From NCBI GenBank assembly GCA_964291285.2, contig OZ219786.1, forward strand, positions 96,001-160,000: a DNA stretch of 64,000 bases, given 5' to 3'. How positions within the stretch are numbered: position 1 is the first letter of the stretch; each line of letters opens with the position of its first letter. This document shows, piece after piece, positions 48,615-60,069 of this stretch. The position numbers were made by a program, and so were the translations under genes. This DNA is from Alphaproteobacteria bacterium. GTDB lineage: Bacteria; Pseudomonadota; Alphaproteobacteria; Bin95. Under the pieces are notes generated by a model. The model did no database searches, was not told the DNA's origin, and worked only from the letters and a program-made list of their open reading frames with translations.

Positions 48615-49532
48615 ATGGCGGTCTATACGCCGGTCGGCGAGACTGCGCTGGAGCGCTTTCTGGCCGGATACCGGATGGACTGCCTGCTGCGGTTCGAGCC
48701 CATAGCCGAGGGAATCGACAACACGAACTATCTGCTCGAAACCGCTTCGGGCCGGTATGTGCTGACGCTCTTCGAGAGCCGGATCGACCCCGCGGACCTG
48801 CCGTTCTTCGTGGACCTGATGGACTACCTTGCCGTTCGCGGCGTGCCCTGCCCTGCCCCGGTGCGCCGCCTCGACGGAGCGAGTCTGGCGCCGTTGGCCG
48901 GACGGACCGCGCTCATCGTGACCTTCCTGGAAGGTGAACGCGATCCCTCCGCATTCGGAGCTATCGGTGAGGCGCTCGCCCGGCTTCACCTGGCCGGCGC
49001 CGGATTTCCTTCGAGGCGTTCCAACGACCTGGGCCCGGAAGGGTGGCGCCGCCTCGCCGCCCTGACATCCGGCCGCGCCGACGAGGTGACTGCGGGCCTG
49101 GCTGATTACATCGCCGAAGTTCTGGGCGAACTGGCGAAGGCCTGGCCGGCGGACCTGCCCGGCGGCGCCATCCATGCCGATCTTTTCCCGGACAACGCGG
49201 TCTTCCGGGATGGCGCCGTATCGGGCATTTACGATTTCTATTTCGCCTGCATGGATGCGTTCGCCTACGACCTTGCCATTACCCAGGTCGCATGGGCCGT
49301 GGATGCGCAAGGGCGCTTCGACGCCCACGCCGCGGCCGAGATGCAGGAAGGCTACGAAGCCGCCCGGCCGCTCGAATCAGCCGAACTGCGCGCCTTGCCG
49401 AAGCTAAGGCGGGGAGCGGCGCTTCGCTTCCTTCTGACCCGGCTGCATGACTGGCTCTACCCGGCCCCCGCCGCACTGATGACTCCCAAGGACCCACTCG
49501 AATACATGCGCAAGCTCCGCGAACTCTCATGA
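48615..49532 (+). CDS. thrB: Homoserine kinase type II
   Basis: [30 protein letters not shown]. Confidence 0.93.
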   Translation: MAVYTPVGETALERFLAGYRMDCLLRFEPIAEGIDNTNYLLETASGRYVLTLFESRIDPADLPFFVDLMDYLAVRGVPCPAPVRRLDGASLAPLAGRTALIVTFLEGERDPSAFGAIGEALARLHLAGAGFPSRRSNDLGPEGWRRLAALTSGRADEVTAGLADYIAEVLGELAKAWPADLPGGAIHADLFPDNAVFRDGAVSGIYDFYFACMDAFAYDLAITQVAWAVDAQGRFDAHAAAEMQEGYEAARPLESAELRALPKLRRGAALRFLLTRLHDWLYPAPAALMTPKDPLEYMRKLRELS

Positions 49533-49972
49533 CCGGTGTCGAAATCTTTACCGACGGCGCCTGTCTCGGAAATCCGGGTCCCGGCGGCTGGGCGGCGCTG
49601 CTGCGCTTTGGAGCGCAGGAATCGGAATTGGCCGGCGGCGCCCCGCATACCACCAATAACCGTATGGAACTGATGGCCGTCATTTCCGGCCTCGAGGCCC
49701 TCACCCGGCCCTGCTCCGTGCGCCTTGTGACCGACAGCCGCTATGTCATGGACGGTATCCGGTCCTGGCTGCCGGTGTGGAAGCGCAATGGCTGGCGCAC
49801 TGCGGCGAAGAAGCCCGTGAAGAATATCGACCTGTGGCAGCGGCTCGACATGGCGGCGGCCCGCCATGAAATCGAATGGCTCTGGGTCCGCGGCCATGCC
49901 GGCCACGCCGAGAACGAGCGCGTTGATGCCCTCGCGCGCCAAGAGGCCGAGCGCGAGGGCGGCGGCTGCTAG
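49529..49972 (+). CDS. rnhA: Ribonuclease HI
   Basis: [33 protein letters not shown]. Confidence 0.97.
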   Translation: MTGVEIFTDGACLGNPGPGGWAALLRFGAQESELAGGAPHTTNNRMELMAVISGLEALTRPCSVRLVTDSRYVMDGIRSWLPVWKRNGWRTAAKKPVKNIDLWQRLDMAAARHEIEWLWVRGHAGHAENERVDALARQEAEREGGGC

Positions 49973-50451
49973 AGCTGCTCGAGAATTTTCTCGGCGCTGG
50001 AAACTTCGAAAGCCCCTCCGTCTTCCAGATTCAACTGCGTGACCGTGCCGTCTTCCACGACCATCGAATAGCGGCGCGCACGCACGCCGAGCCCGAGCTT
50101 GCTCAGGTCCAGTTCGACCCCCATTGCCTTGGCCAGGTCGCCATTGCCGTCGGCAAGCATCCGGATCTTGCCGGCCGCGCCGCCCTGTTCTCCCCAGGCG
50201 TTCATGACGAAGGCGTCGTTGACCGCAAGGCAGACAATGTCGTCCACCCCCCTGGCCCGGATCGCGTCCGCCTTTTCAACGAAGCCCGGCAGGTGTTTTG
50301 CCGAACAGGTGGGCGTGAAGGCCCCGGGCACGCAGAAGGCGACAACCTTCCTGCCGCTGAAGAGGTCCGCCGTTTCGACGCTCTGCGGTCCGCCGTCCGT
50401 TACCTCCTTCAAGGTCACGGCCGGAACCTTGTCTCCCTTGGCAATCGTCAT
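49969..50451 (-). CDS. Peroxiredoxin (Prx5-like)
   Basis: [22 protein letters not shown]; ATG 50451. Confidence 0.92.
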   Translation of the reverse strand: MTIAKGDKVPAVTLKEVTDGGPQSVETADLFSGRKVVAFCVPGAFTPTCSAKHLPGFVEKADAIRARGVDDIVCLAVNDAFVMNAWGEQGGAAGKIRMLADGNGDLAKAMGVELDLSKLGLGVRARRYSMVVEDGTVTQLNLEDGGAFEVSSAEKILEQL

Positions 50452-50593
50452 GCCTGCTACTCCTCGTATTGGACAGCCGCACCATAGGAACCCTCGGCCC
50501 CCGGTGCAAAGCGGTGATTTGAGAGCAGGTTGAACTGGACTGTCCGGCAATCCGTCTTCTATAACGGCGGGGTCGAATTGGCCGGAGGCGCTG

Positions 50594-51547
50594 ATGCCGG
50601 ATTCGGTACCGGCGGGCGTAGCTGACCGCGGGAAATTCCAGGATCCCGACCTGACTGCAGACGGCAGCCCCCGTGCGCGGGTCGCGTTGGGCAAGCTGGA
50701 GACGCTCTGGATCAATACCGGGACGCTCTGCAATCTCGCCTGCTGCAATTGCTACATCGAATCGAGCCCCCGCAACGACCGGCTCGCCTATATCCGGGCC
50801 GATGAAGTCGCGGCATATCTGGATGAGATCGCCCGAACGGATGCCGGGACCCGCGTGATCGGGTTTACGGGCGGCGAGCCGTTCTTGAACCCGGATTTCA
50901 CGGCCATGCTGGCGGACGCGCTCGAACGCGGCTTCGAGACATTGACGCTGACCAACGCGATGCGCCCGATGATGAAGCACAGCGGGGCGCTGCTGGAACT
51001 CCGGGCCCGCCACGGCGGCAGGGTCCGCCTTCGGGTCTCCCTGGACCACTACACCGAAGCGTTGCACGAGACGGAACGGGGCGAGCGCAGTTGGGAGCCC
51101 GCGCTCGCCGGACTGTCCTGGCTCGACGCGAACGGCTTTGCGCCGGAAGTCGCAGGCCGCACCTGCTGGGGAGAAGACGAAGCCTCCGCGCGCGCCGGCT
51201 ATGCGCGCCTGTTCGCCGGGCTGGGCCTTGGCTGCAAAGCCGACGACCCGGTTTCCCTGACGCTCTTTCCCGAGATGGATGAAGGCGCCCCCGTGCCCGA
51301 GATCAGCGCCGCCTGCTGGACGGTACTCGGCAAGTCGCCCTCCGACATCATGTGCTCGTCCTCCCGCATGGTCGTGAAGCGCCGGGGCGCGGCGAGACCG
51401 GTTGTCGTTGCCTGCACCCTCCTGCCCTATGATCCGCGTTTCGAGCTCGGCGAAACGCTGTCCGAGGCCGCCGGGTCCGTGCCCCTCAACCATGTGCATT
51501 GCGCGAGGTTCTGCGTGCTCGGCGGGGGAGCCTGCGGCGGCGCGTAA
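50594..51547 (+). CDS. Radical SAM protein
   Basis: CNLACCNC CxxxCxxC, FTGGEPF, Cys-rich C-terminus. Confidence 0.88.
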   Translation: MPDSVPAGVADRGKFQDPDLTADGSPRARVALGKLETLWINTGTLCNLACCNCYIESSPRNDRLAYIRADEVAAYLDEIARTDAGTRVIGFTGGEPFLNPDFTAMLADALERGFETLTLTNAMRPMMKHSGALLELRARHGGRVRLRVSLDHYTEALHETERGERSWEPALAGLSWLDANGFAPEVAGRTCWGEDEASARAGYARLFAGLGLGCKADDPVSLTLFPEMDEGAPVPEISAACWTVLGKSPSDIMCSSSRMVVKRRGAARPVVVACTLLPYDPRFELGETLSEAAGSVPLNHVHCARFCVLGGGACGGA

Positions 51548-51584
51548 GATTCTGCGTTTTTGCCCCGCTGTTTCGAATTGGTAT

Positions 51585-51640
51585 CTTGACTTTAGTTGCC
51601 TGGGCGACCATATCTCTGCATAAAGTCGCCTAGGTAACTA
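51585..51640 (+). promoter_or_regulatory. Sigma70-type promoter with two imperfect palindromic boxes (probable MarR operators)
   Basis: CTTGAC-N17-CCATAT (51585-51613); boxes TAGTTGCCTGGGCGACCA (51593-51610) and AAGTCGCCTAGGTAACTA (51623-51640), the second a 14/18 inverted copy of the first. Confidence 0.6.
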
Positions 51641-51659
51641 ATTCCGGATTCCCGAACAG

Positions 51660-52139
51660 ATGGAAGACGAACGCTATTTCGGCTTTCTGGTCTCCGACGT
51701 CGCTCGCCTGCTGCGCACCGAGTTCGACCGCCGGGTGCGGGATTTCGGCCTCACGCGCTCTCAATGGCTGGCGCTCACCCGCATTTACCGCCAGCCGGGC
51801 TGCACCCAGTCGGAACTGGCGGAGACCATGGAGATGGAAAAAGGCCCCGCCGGCCGCCTGATCGACCGGCTTGAGGACAACGGCTTCGTCGTGCGCGAGG
51901 CCGACCCCGCGGACCGGCGCGTCAAGCGCATCCACCTTACGCCGGACGCCGAGGCGATCGAACGGACGATGCGCACGATCGCCCTCCAGACGATTCACGA
52001 AGCCCTGAGCGACCTTGACGAGGCCGAGCGCGACAAGGCGGTCGAGGTGCTGATTACGGTCAAGGCCCGTTTGCAGGAAATGCTCCAGAACAGCAACCAG
52101 ACGGCCAGTGCGGCCGACCGACAGATGGCAGCCCAATGA
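51660..52139 (+). CDS. MarR family transcriptional regulator
   Basis: GLTRSQW, QSELAE, DRLEDNGFVVREADPADRR. Confidence 0.93.
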   Translation: MEDERYFGFLVSDVARLLRTEFDRRVRDFGLTRSQWLALTRIYRQPGCTQSELAETMEMEKGPAGRLIDRLEDNGFVVREADPADRRVKRIHLTPDAEAIERTMRTIALQTIHEALSDLDEAERDKAVEVLITVKARLQEMLQNSNQTASAADRQMAAQ

Positions 52140-53254
52140 GTTTGCGCCGCGTAAGCCGGGCCCTGACCCGCCTGTTCCTGCTGATCGTGGTGCCGCTCGC
52201 CGCGATAGCGGTCGGGTCCTATGTCTATCTCACGGGCGGGCGTTATGTGACGACCGAGAACGCCTATGTGAAGAACGACATCGTCCAGGTCAGCGCCGAT
52301 ATAGAAGGTCGGGTCGTGGATGTCGCCGTGCGCGACCACGAGGTGGTTCGCGCCGGAGACCTGCTCTTCCGCATCGACCCGGTGCCGGTCGAGATTCGCC
52401 TGGCGCGCGCCGAGGCGGAAATGGGCGTGGTGCGCGACGAGTTGCTCGGATTGCGGGCGGAATACGAAGTCGCGGCGGGTCAGCTGGAAGTAACGGAAGG
52501 CGAATCGCAGGAGGCGCTCGAGGCCGTTCGCTACCACCGGATGCAGGTGAAGCGCCTCCGCGACCTGCAGCGCCGCGGTGCCGCGGCTCGGATCAGGCTG
52601 GAAGCCGCCGAGCACGACCTGGCGGTCGCCCGCCAGCGGACCGAAGTGATCCGCAAGCAGGCGGAAGTGGCCCGGAAGCGGATGAGCCGGGTTCTGGTGC
52701 AGCTGGGGGGCGCGCTGGACACTCCTGTCGAGAAGCATCCGATGTACCGGGAAAAGGAGTCGCTGCGCGATGCGGCCAGGCTCGATCTCGACCGCACGGT
52801 TGTCCGCGCCGCGGTCGGCGGCATCGTCAGCAACGTCAAATTGCAGGCCGGCGAATATGTCGAATCCGGCAAGCCGGTGTTCTCCATCATCGTCGAGCAG
52901 CAGCCCTGGGTGGAAGCCAATCTCAAGGAGACGGAACTGACCCATGTCCGTGTCGGCCAGAAGGCGACGGTTGTGGTCGATGCCTATCCGGACTTCGTGT
53001 GGCAGGCGGTCGTGGATAGCATCAGCCCGGCCACCGGCGCGGAATTCGCCGTGCTTCCGCCGCAGAATGCGACCGGCAACTGGGTCAAGGTGGTGCAGCG
53101 CCTTCCGGTCCGTTTGGTGCTGCAGGACCGGCCCGGCGCGCCTCCGCTGCGCGCAGGCATGACCGTTTCCGCATCGATCGACACGGTGCGCGAGCGCCAT
53201 CTGCTGACCGTCATCAAGGATAGCTGGGCCCGCACCCGGGCCGACGCCGAATAG
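52136..53254 (+). CDS. HlyD/EmrA-family membrane fusion protein
   Basis: TTENAYV, EANLKETEL, LPPQNATGNWVKVVQRLPV. Confidence 0.92.
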   Translation: MSLRRVSRALTRLFLLIVVPLAAIAVGSYVYLTGGRYVTTENAYVKNDIVQVSADIEGRVVDVAVRDHEVVRAGDLLFRIDPVPVEIRLARAEAEMGVVRDELLGLRAEYEVAAGQLEVTEGESQEALEAVRYHRMQVKRLRDLQRRGAAARIRLEAAEHDLAVARQRTEVIRKQAEVARKRMSRVLVQLGGALDTPVEKHPMYREKESLRDAARLDLDRTVVRAAVGGIVSNVKLQAGEYVESGKPVFSIIVEQQPWVEANLKETELTHVRVGQKATVVVDAYPDFVWQAVVDSISPATGAEFAVLPPQNATGNWVKVVQRLPVRLVLQDRPGAPPLRAGMTVSASIDTVRERHLLTVIKDSWARTRADAE

Positions 53255-53339
53255 GGTGCCCCATGGACGACACGCCGCCTCATCGTAGATAATCGGGTTC
53301 GGCCTCATCAGAAAAGGCCTCGGCCCCAGGAGCCCGGAT

Positions 53340-56300
53340 ATGGCGCTTGCGCAAGTCAAGCTGGACGACAAATACACACTGGACGAAGGACGGGTTCTGC
53401 TGACCGGGGCCCAGGCCCTGGTGCGGCTGCCGCTGGTGCAGCGCCGCCGCGACCTTGCGGCGGGTCTCAATACCGCCGGCTTCATTTCCGGCTATCGGGG
53501 CTCCCCCCTTGGCGGTTACGACCAGCAACTCTGGGCGGCGCGCAAGCACCTCCAGGACCACCATATCGTCTTCAAGGCGGGCCTCAACGAAGACCTCGCC
53601 GCCACCTCGGTCTGGGGCACGCAGCAGTCGGACTTCTTCGGCGACGCGAAATATGACGGCGTCTTCGGCATCTGGTACGGCAAGGGCCCCGGCGTGGACC
53701 GCACCGGCGACGCACTGAAGCACGCCAACCTGTTCGGCACCCATCCCCATGGCGGCGTCATCGCGCTCGCCGGCGACGACCATGTCGCCAAGAGTTCCAC
53801 CACGGCGCACCAGAGCGAGTTCGCCTTCGTCGATGCGATGGTGCCGATCCTGAACCCGTCGGGGGTGCAGGAGTTCCTCGATTTCGGCCTCTACGGCTTC
53901 GCCCTGTCGCGCTATGCCGGCCTCTGGGCGGGCTTCATCTGCGTCACGGACACGGTCGACTCCACCGCCACGGTCGATATCGACCCCGACCGGGTGCAGG
54001 TCCGGCTGCCGACCGATTTCGAGATGCCGGAGGGCGGCCCGAACATCCGCTGGCCCGATATGTGGCTGGAGCAGGAGCCCCGCCTCCACCATGTCAAGCT
54101 GCCGGCGGCCGTGGCCTTCGTGCGCGCCAACCGGCTCGACCGGGTGACCGTCGGCGGGCCCGGCCGGCGGATCGGCATCGTCACCACGGGCAAGTCCTAC
54201 CTGGATACGCGCCAGGCGCTCTCGGCGCTCGGCATCGACGACGCGACTGCCCGCGAGCTCGGCCTCTCGGTCTACAAGGTGGCGCTCTCCTGGCCGATAG
54301 AGCCGGAAGGGATGCGCGCCTTCTGCGAGGGCCTCGAAGAGGTCATCGTCGTCGAGGAGAAGCGCGGGCTGATCGAGCCGCAGATCAAGGACCTGCTCTA
54401 CAGCACGCCGGCCGACCGCCGCCCCCGCATGGTCGGCAAGACCGACGAGGACGGCCGGCCGTTGCTGCGGACCCACGGGGAGTTGCAGCCGGAGGAAGTC
54501 GCGGAAGTCGTCCTGTCCCGCCTCGGGCGCGTCGCCGACATCGGCCGTTTCGAGTCCCGCCTGGCGGCGATCCGGGAAGTGACGCGCCAGTCGGGCGGCA
54601 ACCAGCCGAGCCTTGTGCGAACGCCCTCCTTCTGCTCGGGCTGCCCGCACAATTCCGGCACCAGGCTGCCGGACGGGTCGCGGGCGTTCTCGGGTATCGG
54701 CTGCCATTTCATGGCGCAGTGGGTCGATCCAGACAAGACCGCCACTTACACCCATATGGGGGCCGAAGGCGCAACCTGGGCCGGACTGCACCATTTCGTC
54801 GAGACGCCGCACATCTTCCAGAATATCGGCGACGGCACCTACTACCATTCCGGCATCCTGGCGGTGCGCGCGGCCGTCGCATCCGGCGCCAACATGACTT
54901 ACAAGGTGCTCTACAACGACGCCGTCGCCATGACCGGCGGGCAGCCGGTGGACGGGCCGCTGTCGCCCGCGATGGTGACGCAGCAGCTTGCCGCCGAGGG
55001 CGTAAAGCCGGTCTATCTCGTCACCGACACGCCGGAGGCCTACGAAAAGGCCCGCGACCTCGCGCCCGGCACGGTGGTCAAGCATCGCTCCGAACTGAAC
55101 CAGGTCCAGATCGAGCTGCGGGAGATCGAGGGCGTATCGGGCCTCGTCTATGTGCAGACCTGCGCGGCGGAGAAGCGCCGGCGGCGCAAGCGCGGCGCCT
55201 TCCCGAATCCGCCCAAGCGCATGTTCATAAACCCGGCCGTGTGCGAAGGCTGCGGCGATTGCGGCGTCAAGTCGAATTGCGTCTCCGTCATCCCGGTCGA
55301 GACCGAGTTCGGCCGCAAGCGGATGATCGACCAGTCCGCGTGCAACAAGGATTATTCCTGCCTGAACGGCTTCTGCCCGAGCTTCGTCACCGTCTATGAC
55401 GCCGAGCCGCGCAAGGGCAAGCCCGCCGGCCAGGCGCCGGGGCCGCTGGAAGTTCTGCCGGAACCGGATATTCCGGCGACCGACGAGCCCTACTCCATCA
55501 TGATCGACGGCATCGGAGGCACGGGCGTCATCACCGTGGGCGCGCTGCTTGCCATGGCGGCGCATCTGGAGGGCAAGGCCGCCACCGTGATGGACATGAC
55601 GGGCCTCGCCCAGAAAGGCGGCGCCGTCTGGAGCCATCTCAGGATCGCCGACAATCCGGAGGACCTGCACAGCGTGCGTATCGGTCTCGGCGGCGGACGC
55701 GCGCTCATCGGCTGCGACCTTGTGACCTCCAGCCAGATCGACACGCTCTCCAGACTGTCGCGCGGGACCAGCCGGGCGGTCATCAACACCTATCGCACCT
55801 ACACCAACGAGTTCGCCCGCAATCCGGACATGTCCTTCCCGGAGGACGAACTGCGCACCCGGATCGAGGCGGCGCTCGGGGGCGATGCCGTGGAAATGAT
55901 CGACGCCACACGCCTCGCCACGGCGCTCTTGGGCGACGCCATCGGCTCCAACCTGTTCATGGCCGGCTTCGCCTATCAGAGGGGCCTGGTCCCGGTCTGC
56001 GCCGAGGCCATCGAACGCGCCATCGAGCTCAACGGCGTTGCCGTCGAGATGAACAAGACCGCGTTCGACTGGGGCCGGCGGGCGGCGCATGATCTCGCCT
56101 TTGTCGAACGGATCGCCTACCCGGCGGACGCAAGGCAGGAGCGTTCCGTTCTCGAAAGCCTGGACGACATGGTCGCCCGCAGGACCGCGTTCCTGACCGG
56201 CTACCAGAACGCCGCCTATGCCGGGCGCTACAGGGCCCTGGTGGACCGGGTGCGCGAGACCGAGGGCGTGGAGGGCGGCGGGCCGCTTTCCCATGCGGTC

Positions 56301-56813
56301 GCGCGCTACTACTTCAAGCTGCTGGCCTACAAGGACGAATATGAGGTTGCCCGGCTACATGCCTCGGGGGATTTCCGCAAGCAGATCGAGCGCCAGTTCG
56401 AGGGGGGCTACCGGCTGGAGTTCAACCTGGCCCCGCCGCTCTTCGCCCGGAAGGACCCGGTGACCGGCGAGCCGCGCAAGATGCGCTTCGGCTCGTGGAT
56501 GCTGCATGTCTTCCGGCTGCTCGCCGCCATGCGCGGGCTGCGCGGCACGGCCTTCGACCCCTTCGGGCGGACGGAGGAGCGCCGCCGCGAGCGCGCGCTG
56601 ATCGTGCAATACGAGGCCGATGTGGAGGAAATCCTGAGCCGCTTCGCTCCTGAGACCAGCGCGGCCGCCGTCGGCCTGGCGAGCGTGCCGGAGCATATCC
56701 GTGGCTATGGCCATGTGAAGCTGCGTCATCTCGAAGCCGCGGAGAAGCAGCGCGACGCGCATCTCGAAGCGCTTCGCAATCCTGGCAAACACACTGTAGC
56801 CGCCGCCGAATAG
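53340..56813 (+). CDS. Indolepyruvate:ferredoxin oxidoreductase family protein (fused subunits)
   Basis: SGYRGSPLGG, FCSGCPHN, GDGTYYHSG, CEGCGDC, GLAQKGG, YKDEYEVARL. Confidence 0.93.
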   Translation: MALAQVKLDDKYTLDEGRVLLTGAQALVRLPLVQRRRDLAAGLNTAGFISGYRGSPLGGYDQQLWAARKHLQDHHIVFKAGLNEDLAATSVWGTQQSDFFGDAKYDGVFGIWYGKGPGVDRTGDALKHANLFGTHPHGGVIALAGDDHVAKSSTTAHQSEFAFVDAMVPILNPSGVQEFLDFGLYGFALSRYAGLWAGFICVTDTVDSTATVDIDPDRVQVRLPTDFEMPEGGPNIRWPDMWLEQEPRLHHVKLPAAVAFVRANRLDRVTVGGPGRRIGIVTTGKSYLDTRQALSALGIDDATARELGLSVYKVALSWPIEPEGMRAFCEGLEEVIVVEEKRGLIEPQIKDLLYSTPADRRPRMVGKTDEDGRPLLRTHGELQPEEVAEVVLSRLGRVADIGRFESRLAAIREVTRQSGGNQPSLVRTPSFCSGCPHNSGTRLPDGSRAFSGIGCHFMAQWVDPDKTATYTHMGAEGATWAGLHHFVETPHIFQNIGDGTYYHSGILAVRAAVASGANMTYKVLYNDAVAMTGGQPVDGPLSPAMVTQQLAAEGVKPVYLVTDTPEAYEKARDLAPGTVVKHRSELNQVQIELREIEGVSGLVYVQTCAAEKRRRRKRGAFPNPPKRMFINPAVCEGCGDCGVKSNCVSVIPVETEFGRKRMIDQSACNKDYSCLNGFCPSFVTVYDAEPRKGKPAGQAPGPLEVLPEPDIPATDEPYSIMIDGIGGTGVITVGALLAMAAHLEGKAATVMDMTGLAQKGGAVWSHLRIADNPEDLHSVRIGLGGGRALIGCDLVTSSQIDTLSRLSRGTSRAVINTYRTYTNEFARNPDMSFPEDELRTRIEAALGGDAVEMIDATRLATALLGDAIGSNLFMAGFAYQRGLVPVCAEAIERAIELNGVAVEMNKTAFDWGRRAAHDLAFVERIAYPADARQERSVLESLDDMVARRTAFLTGYQNAAYAGRYRALVDRVRETEGVEGGGPLSHAVARYYFKLLAYKDEYEVARLHASGDFRKQIERQFEGGYRLEFNLAPPLFARKDPVTGEPRKMRFGSWMLHVFRLLAAMRGLRGTAFDPFGRTEERRRERALIVQYEADVEEILSRFAPETSAAAVGLASVPEHIRGYGHVKLRHLEAAEKQRDAHLEALRNPGKHTVAAAE

Positions 56814-56826
56814 GAGCATTCCCGAT

Positions 56827-57519
56827 ATGAGTGGGACGGAAACCGCGATCATTGTCGGGGTGGGGCCCGGCCTTGGCGCCTCGCTTGGGCGCATTTTCTC
56901 TCGCGCCGGCATGAAGGTTGCGCTGGCCGCGCGTACGCCGGCGAAGCTGGAGCCGGTCGCCGCCGAACTGGGCGACTCCGTCAGCCTCCACGCCTGCGAC
57001 GCCACCGACGATGCAAGCGTCAAGGCGCTGTTCGCTGCGGCGCCGGAGCCGGACATCGTGGTCTTCAACGCTTCGGGCCGCGTTCGCGCCAGTGTCGTGG
57101 ACATCGAGACCGAAGCGTTCGAGCAGGCGTGGCGGCAGGCCTGCCTCGGTGGCTTCATCGTCGGCCGGGAGGCCGCGCGAGCCATGCTGCCGCGCGGTTC
57201 GGGCAGCATCTTCTTCACCGGCGCCACGGCTTCCGTGAAGGGCTATGCCATGTCGGCCGGTTTCGCGGTCGGCAAGTTCGGCCTGCGCGCGCTGGCGCAG
57301 TCCATGGCGCGGGACTACGGGCCGAAAGGCATCCATATCGCGCATTTCGTCATCGACGGCGGCATTCTGGGGCCGCACCACGCTCCCGACCCCGGCCTGC
57401 CGGAAGACCACCTCCTGGTCCCCGATTCGATTGCGGAGACCTATCTGCACGTCCACCGCCAGCATCGCTCGGCCTGGGCGCATGAGGTCGATCTCAGGCC
57501 GTGGACGGAGTCCTTCTGA
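56827..57519 (+). CDS. SDR family oxidoreductase
   Basis: [24 protein letters not shown]. Confidence 0.88.
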   Translation: MSGTETAIIVGVGPGLGASLGRIFSRAGMKVALAARTPAKLEPVAAELGDSVSLHACDATDDASVKALFAAAPEPDIVVFNASGRVRASVVDIETEAFEQAWRQACLGGFIVGREAARAMLPRGSGSIFFTGATASVKGYAMSAGFAVGKFGLRALAQSMARDYGPKGIHIAHFVIDGGILGPHHAPDPGLPEDHLLVPDSIAETYLHVHRQHRSAWAHEVDLRPWTESF

Positions 57520-57547
57520 GGCGTCGCCGCGACTAGCGAGGATGAGC

Positions 57548-58003
57548 ATGGCAAAGCGCGTGCTGGTTCTGAACGGGCCGAATCTCAACATGCTCGGCCA
57601 GCGCCAGCCCGAGATTTACGGGCGCACGACCCTTGCGGAGATCGACGCGGACGCGAAGACGGCTGCGGGCGAACTCGGCATGGAGGCCGTCTGCCGGCAG
57701 AGCAACCACGAGGGCGAGCTCGTCACCTGGATACAGGAAGCGCGGGGCGACTTCGACGCCATCGTCATCAACGCCGCTGCCTTCACCCACACTTCGGTCG
57801 CGCTGCTCGATGCGCTCACGCTCTTCGAGGGCCCGGTCGTCGAGGTCCATCTCTCGAACATCCACCGGCGCGAGGCCTTCCGCCATCATTCCTACATATC
57901 GGGCGCCGCGCTCGGCATGATCGCGGGCTTCGGCCCGGTCGGATACCGGCTGGCGCTGCTGGCCCTGGCCGACCGCTGGCGCGCGGACGGAGATACGCCG
58001 TGA
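57548..58003 (+). CDS. aroQ: Type II 3-dehydroquinate dehydratase
   Basis: [36 protein letters not shown]. Confidence 0.95.
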   Translation: MAKRVLVLNGPNLNMLGQRQPEIYGRTTLAEIDADAKTAAGELGMEAVCRQSNHEGELVTWIQEARGDFDAIVINAAAFTHTSVALLDALTLFEGPVVEVHLSNIHRREAFRHHSYISGAALGMIAGFGPVGYRLALLALADRWRADGDTP

Positions 58004-58461
58004 GCGGCTTTCCCATCGACGAGGAAGCCGTCCGCCGGCTCGCGGCGCTGCTCGATGAAACCGGCGTCGGCGAAATCGAATACCGGGACGGGGACCGGAG
58101 TCTCAGAATCTCCGCCCGCGGCGCGGCGCCGATCTCCGCACCCGTCGCAGCGGCGGCAGCGCCCGTGCCGGAAACCTCGCCCGCCGGTGCTGCTTCGCCT
58201 CCACAACAGGCGCCCGCAGGCGTGGAGGGCACGCCCGTCACGGCTCCGATCGTGGGCACGGTTTATCTTCAACCGGAGCCGGGACAGCCGGCATTCGTGC
58301 AGGTCGGCGACCGCGTTCAGGCGGGCCAGACCCTGCTGATCATTGAGGCGATGAAGGTGTACAACCAGATTCCCGCCCCCTCGGACGGCATCGTCCGGCA
58401 GGTTCTCGTCTCCAGCGGCGACCCGGTCGAATACGGCGAGACCCTGATGATTCTCGGCTGA
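58000..58461 (+). CDS. accB: Acetyl-CoA carboxylase biotin carboxyl carrier protein
   Basis: EAMK biotinylation motif, Ala/Pro-rich linker. Confidence 0.95.
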   Translation: MSGFPIDEEAVRRLAALLDETGVGEIEYRDGDRSLRISARGAAPISAPVAAAAAPVPETSPAGAASPPQQAPAGVEGTPVTAPIVGTVYLQPEPGQPAFVQVGDRVQAGQTLLIIEAMKVYNQIPAPSDGIVRQVLVSSGDPVEYGETLMILG

Positions 58462-58465
58462 GCCG

Positions 58466-59806
58466 GTGTTCGAAAAGGTTCTGATCGCCAATCGCGGCGA
58501 GATCGCGCTTCGCATCATCCGCGCCTGCCGGGACCTCGGCATCCGCACCGTCGCGGTCCATTCCACCATCGACTCCGACGCCATGCATGTGCGCCTTGCG
58601 GACGAGAGCGTGTGCATCGGCCCGCCCGCGCCGCGCGACAGCTATCTCAGCATGGCCGCGCTGGTCTCGGCCGCTAGCGTGGCCGGCGCCGACGCCATTC
58701 ATCCCGGCCTGGGCTTCCTTGCAGAGAACGCCACCTTCGCCCAGGTCGTGACCGACCACGGCTTCACCTTCATCGGCCCGAGCCCGGACCATATTGCGAC
58801 GATGGGCGACAAGATCGCTGCCAAGGCGGCCATGGCGGAGGTCGGCATTTCCGGCGTGCCGGGCAGCGATGCCGCAGTCGACGATGACGCGGAAGCCGCG
58901 CGGATCGCCGACGGGATCGGCTATCCGGTGCTGGTCAAGGCGGCAGCGGGCGGCGGCGGGCGCGGCATGCAGATCGCCCGCACGCCGGCGAACCTTGCGC
59001 CTGCGCTCGGACTCGCCCGGCGCGAGGCCGCCGGCGCATTCGGCGATTCGCGCGTGTTCATCGAGAAGTTCATCGAGAACCCGCGCCATATCGAGGTCCA
59101 GGTGCTGGCGGACTCCCACGGCAATGCCGTTCATCTCGGCGAGCGCGACTGCTCCATCCAGCGCCGCCACCAGAAGGTCATCGAGGAGGCGCCCTCCCCT
59201 GCCCTCGACGATGCCCAGCGGGCCGCGGTCGGCGAGCGGGCCGCAAGCGCGGTCGCCCGGCTCGGCTATCTGGGCGCAGGCACGCTCGAGTTCCTGTTCG
59301 ACGGCCGGGACTTCCACTTCATCGAGATGAACACGCGCCTCCAAGTCGAGCATCCGGTCACGGAAATGGTGACGGGCGTCGATATCGTGCGGGAGCAGCT
59401 GGCGGTCGCTGCAGGCGGCAGGCTGTCCTTCGGCCAGGACGATGTGCGTTTCGACGGCCATGCCATCGAATGCCGGGTCAATGCCGAGGACGCCCGCACC
59501 TTCGTGCCTTCGCCCGGACGGGTCCGCGAATACCACCCGCCGGGGGGGCCGGGGGTCCGCGTCGATTCTGCGCTCTTCGCCGGTTGTGTCGTGCCGCCGC
59601 ATTACGACAGCCTGGTCGCCAAGCTGGTCGTCCACGGCCCGGACCGGAGCACGGCGGTTGCCCGCCTCGCCCGCGCGCTCGACGAGTATGTCATCGAAGG
59701 CATAGACACCAATCTCGACCTGCACCGGCATATCGCGGGCAACCGGGACTTCAACAGCGGCGCCTGCGACATTCACTGGCTGGAACGCTGGATGGACGGC
59801 GCTTGA
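58466..59806 (+). CDS. accC: Acetyl-CoA carboxylase biotin carboxylase
   Basis: ANRGEIA, GGGGRGM, ERDCSIQRRHQK, EMNTRLQVEH. Confidence 0.96.
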   Translation: MFEKVLIANRGEIALRIIRACRDLGIRTVAVHSTIDSDAMHVRLADESVCIGPPAPRDSYLSMAALVSAASVAGADAIHPGLGFLAENATFAQVVTDHGFTFIGPSPDHIATMGDKIAAKAAMAEVGISGVPGSDAAVDDDAEAARIADGIGYPVLVKAAAGGGGRGMQIARTPANLAPALGLARREAAGAFGDSRVFIEKFIENPRHIEVQVLADSHGNAVHLGERDCSIQRRHQKVIEEAPSPALDDAQRAAVGERAASAVARLGYLGAGTLEFLFDGRDFHFIEMNTRLQVEHPVTEMVTGVDIVREQLAVAAGGRLSFGQDDVRFDGHAIECRVNAEDARTFVPSPGRVREYHPPGGPGVRVDSALFAGCVVPPHYDSLVAKLVVHGPDRSTAVARLARALDEYVIEGIDTNLDLHRHIAGNRDFNSGACDIHWLERWMDGA

Positions 59807-60069
59807 AGCGGATTTCGGCGGAAATGCTGCTGACCGCCTACCGGCTGGGGCTTTTCCCCATGGCGGACGGGCGCAGTTCGGACACGCTTTACTGGCTGGA
59901 CCCGCGCCGGCGGGGCGTCATTCCGCTCGACGGCTTCCATGTACCGCGGCGCCTCGCCCGCACCGTCCGCCAGGGCCGGTTCGAAGTTGTGGTCGACGGC
60001 GATTTCGACGCGGTGATCGCGGCCTGCGCCGAGCCGCGTGCGGATGACGGCGACACCTGGATCAATGAC

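Noticed and set aside
53280-56294. 1004-aa minus-strand ORF
   Set aside because: Antisense shadow of the oxidoreductase gene, common in high-GC DNA.
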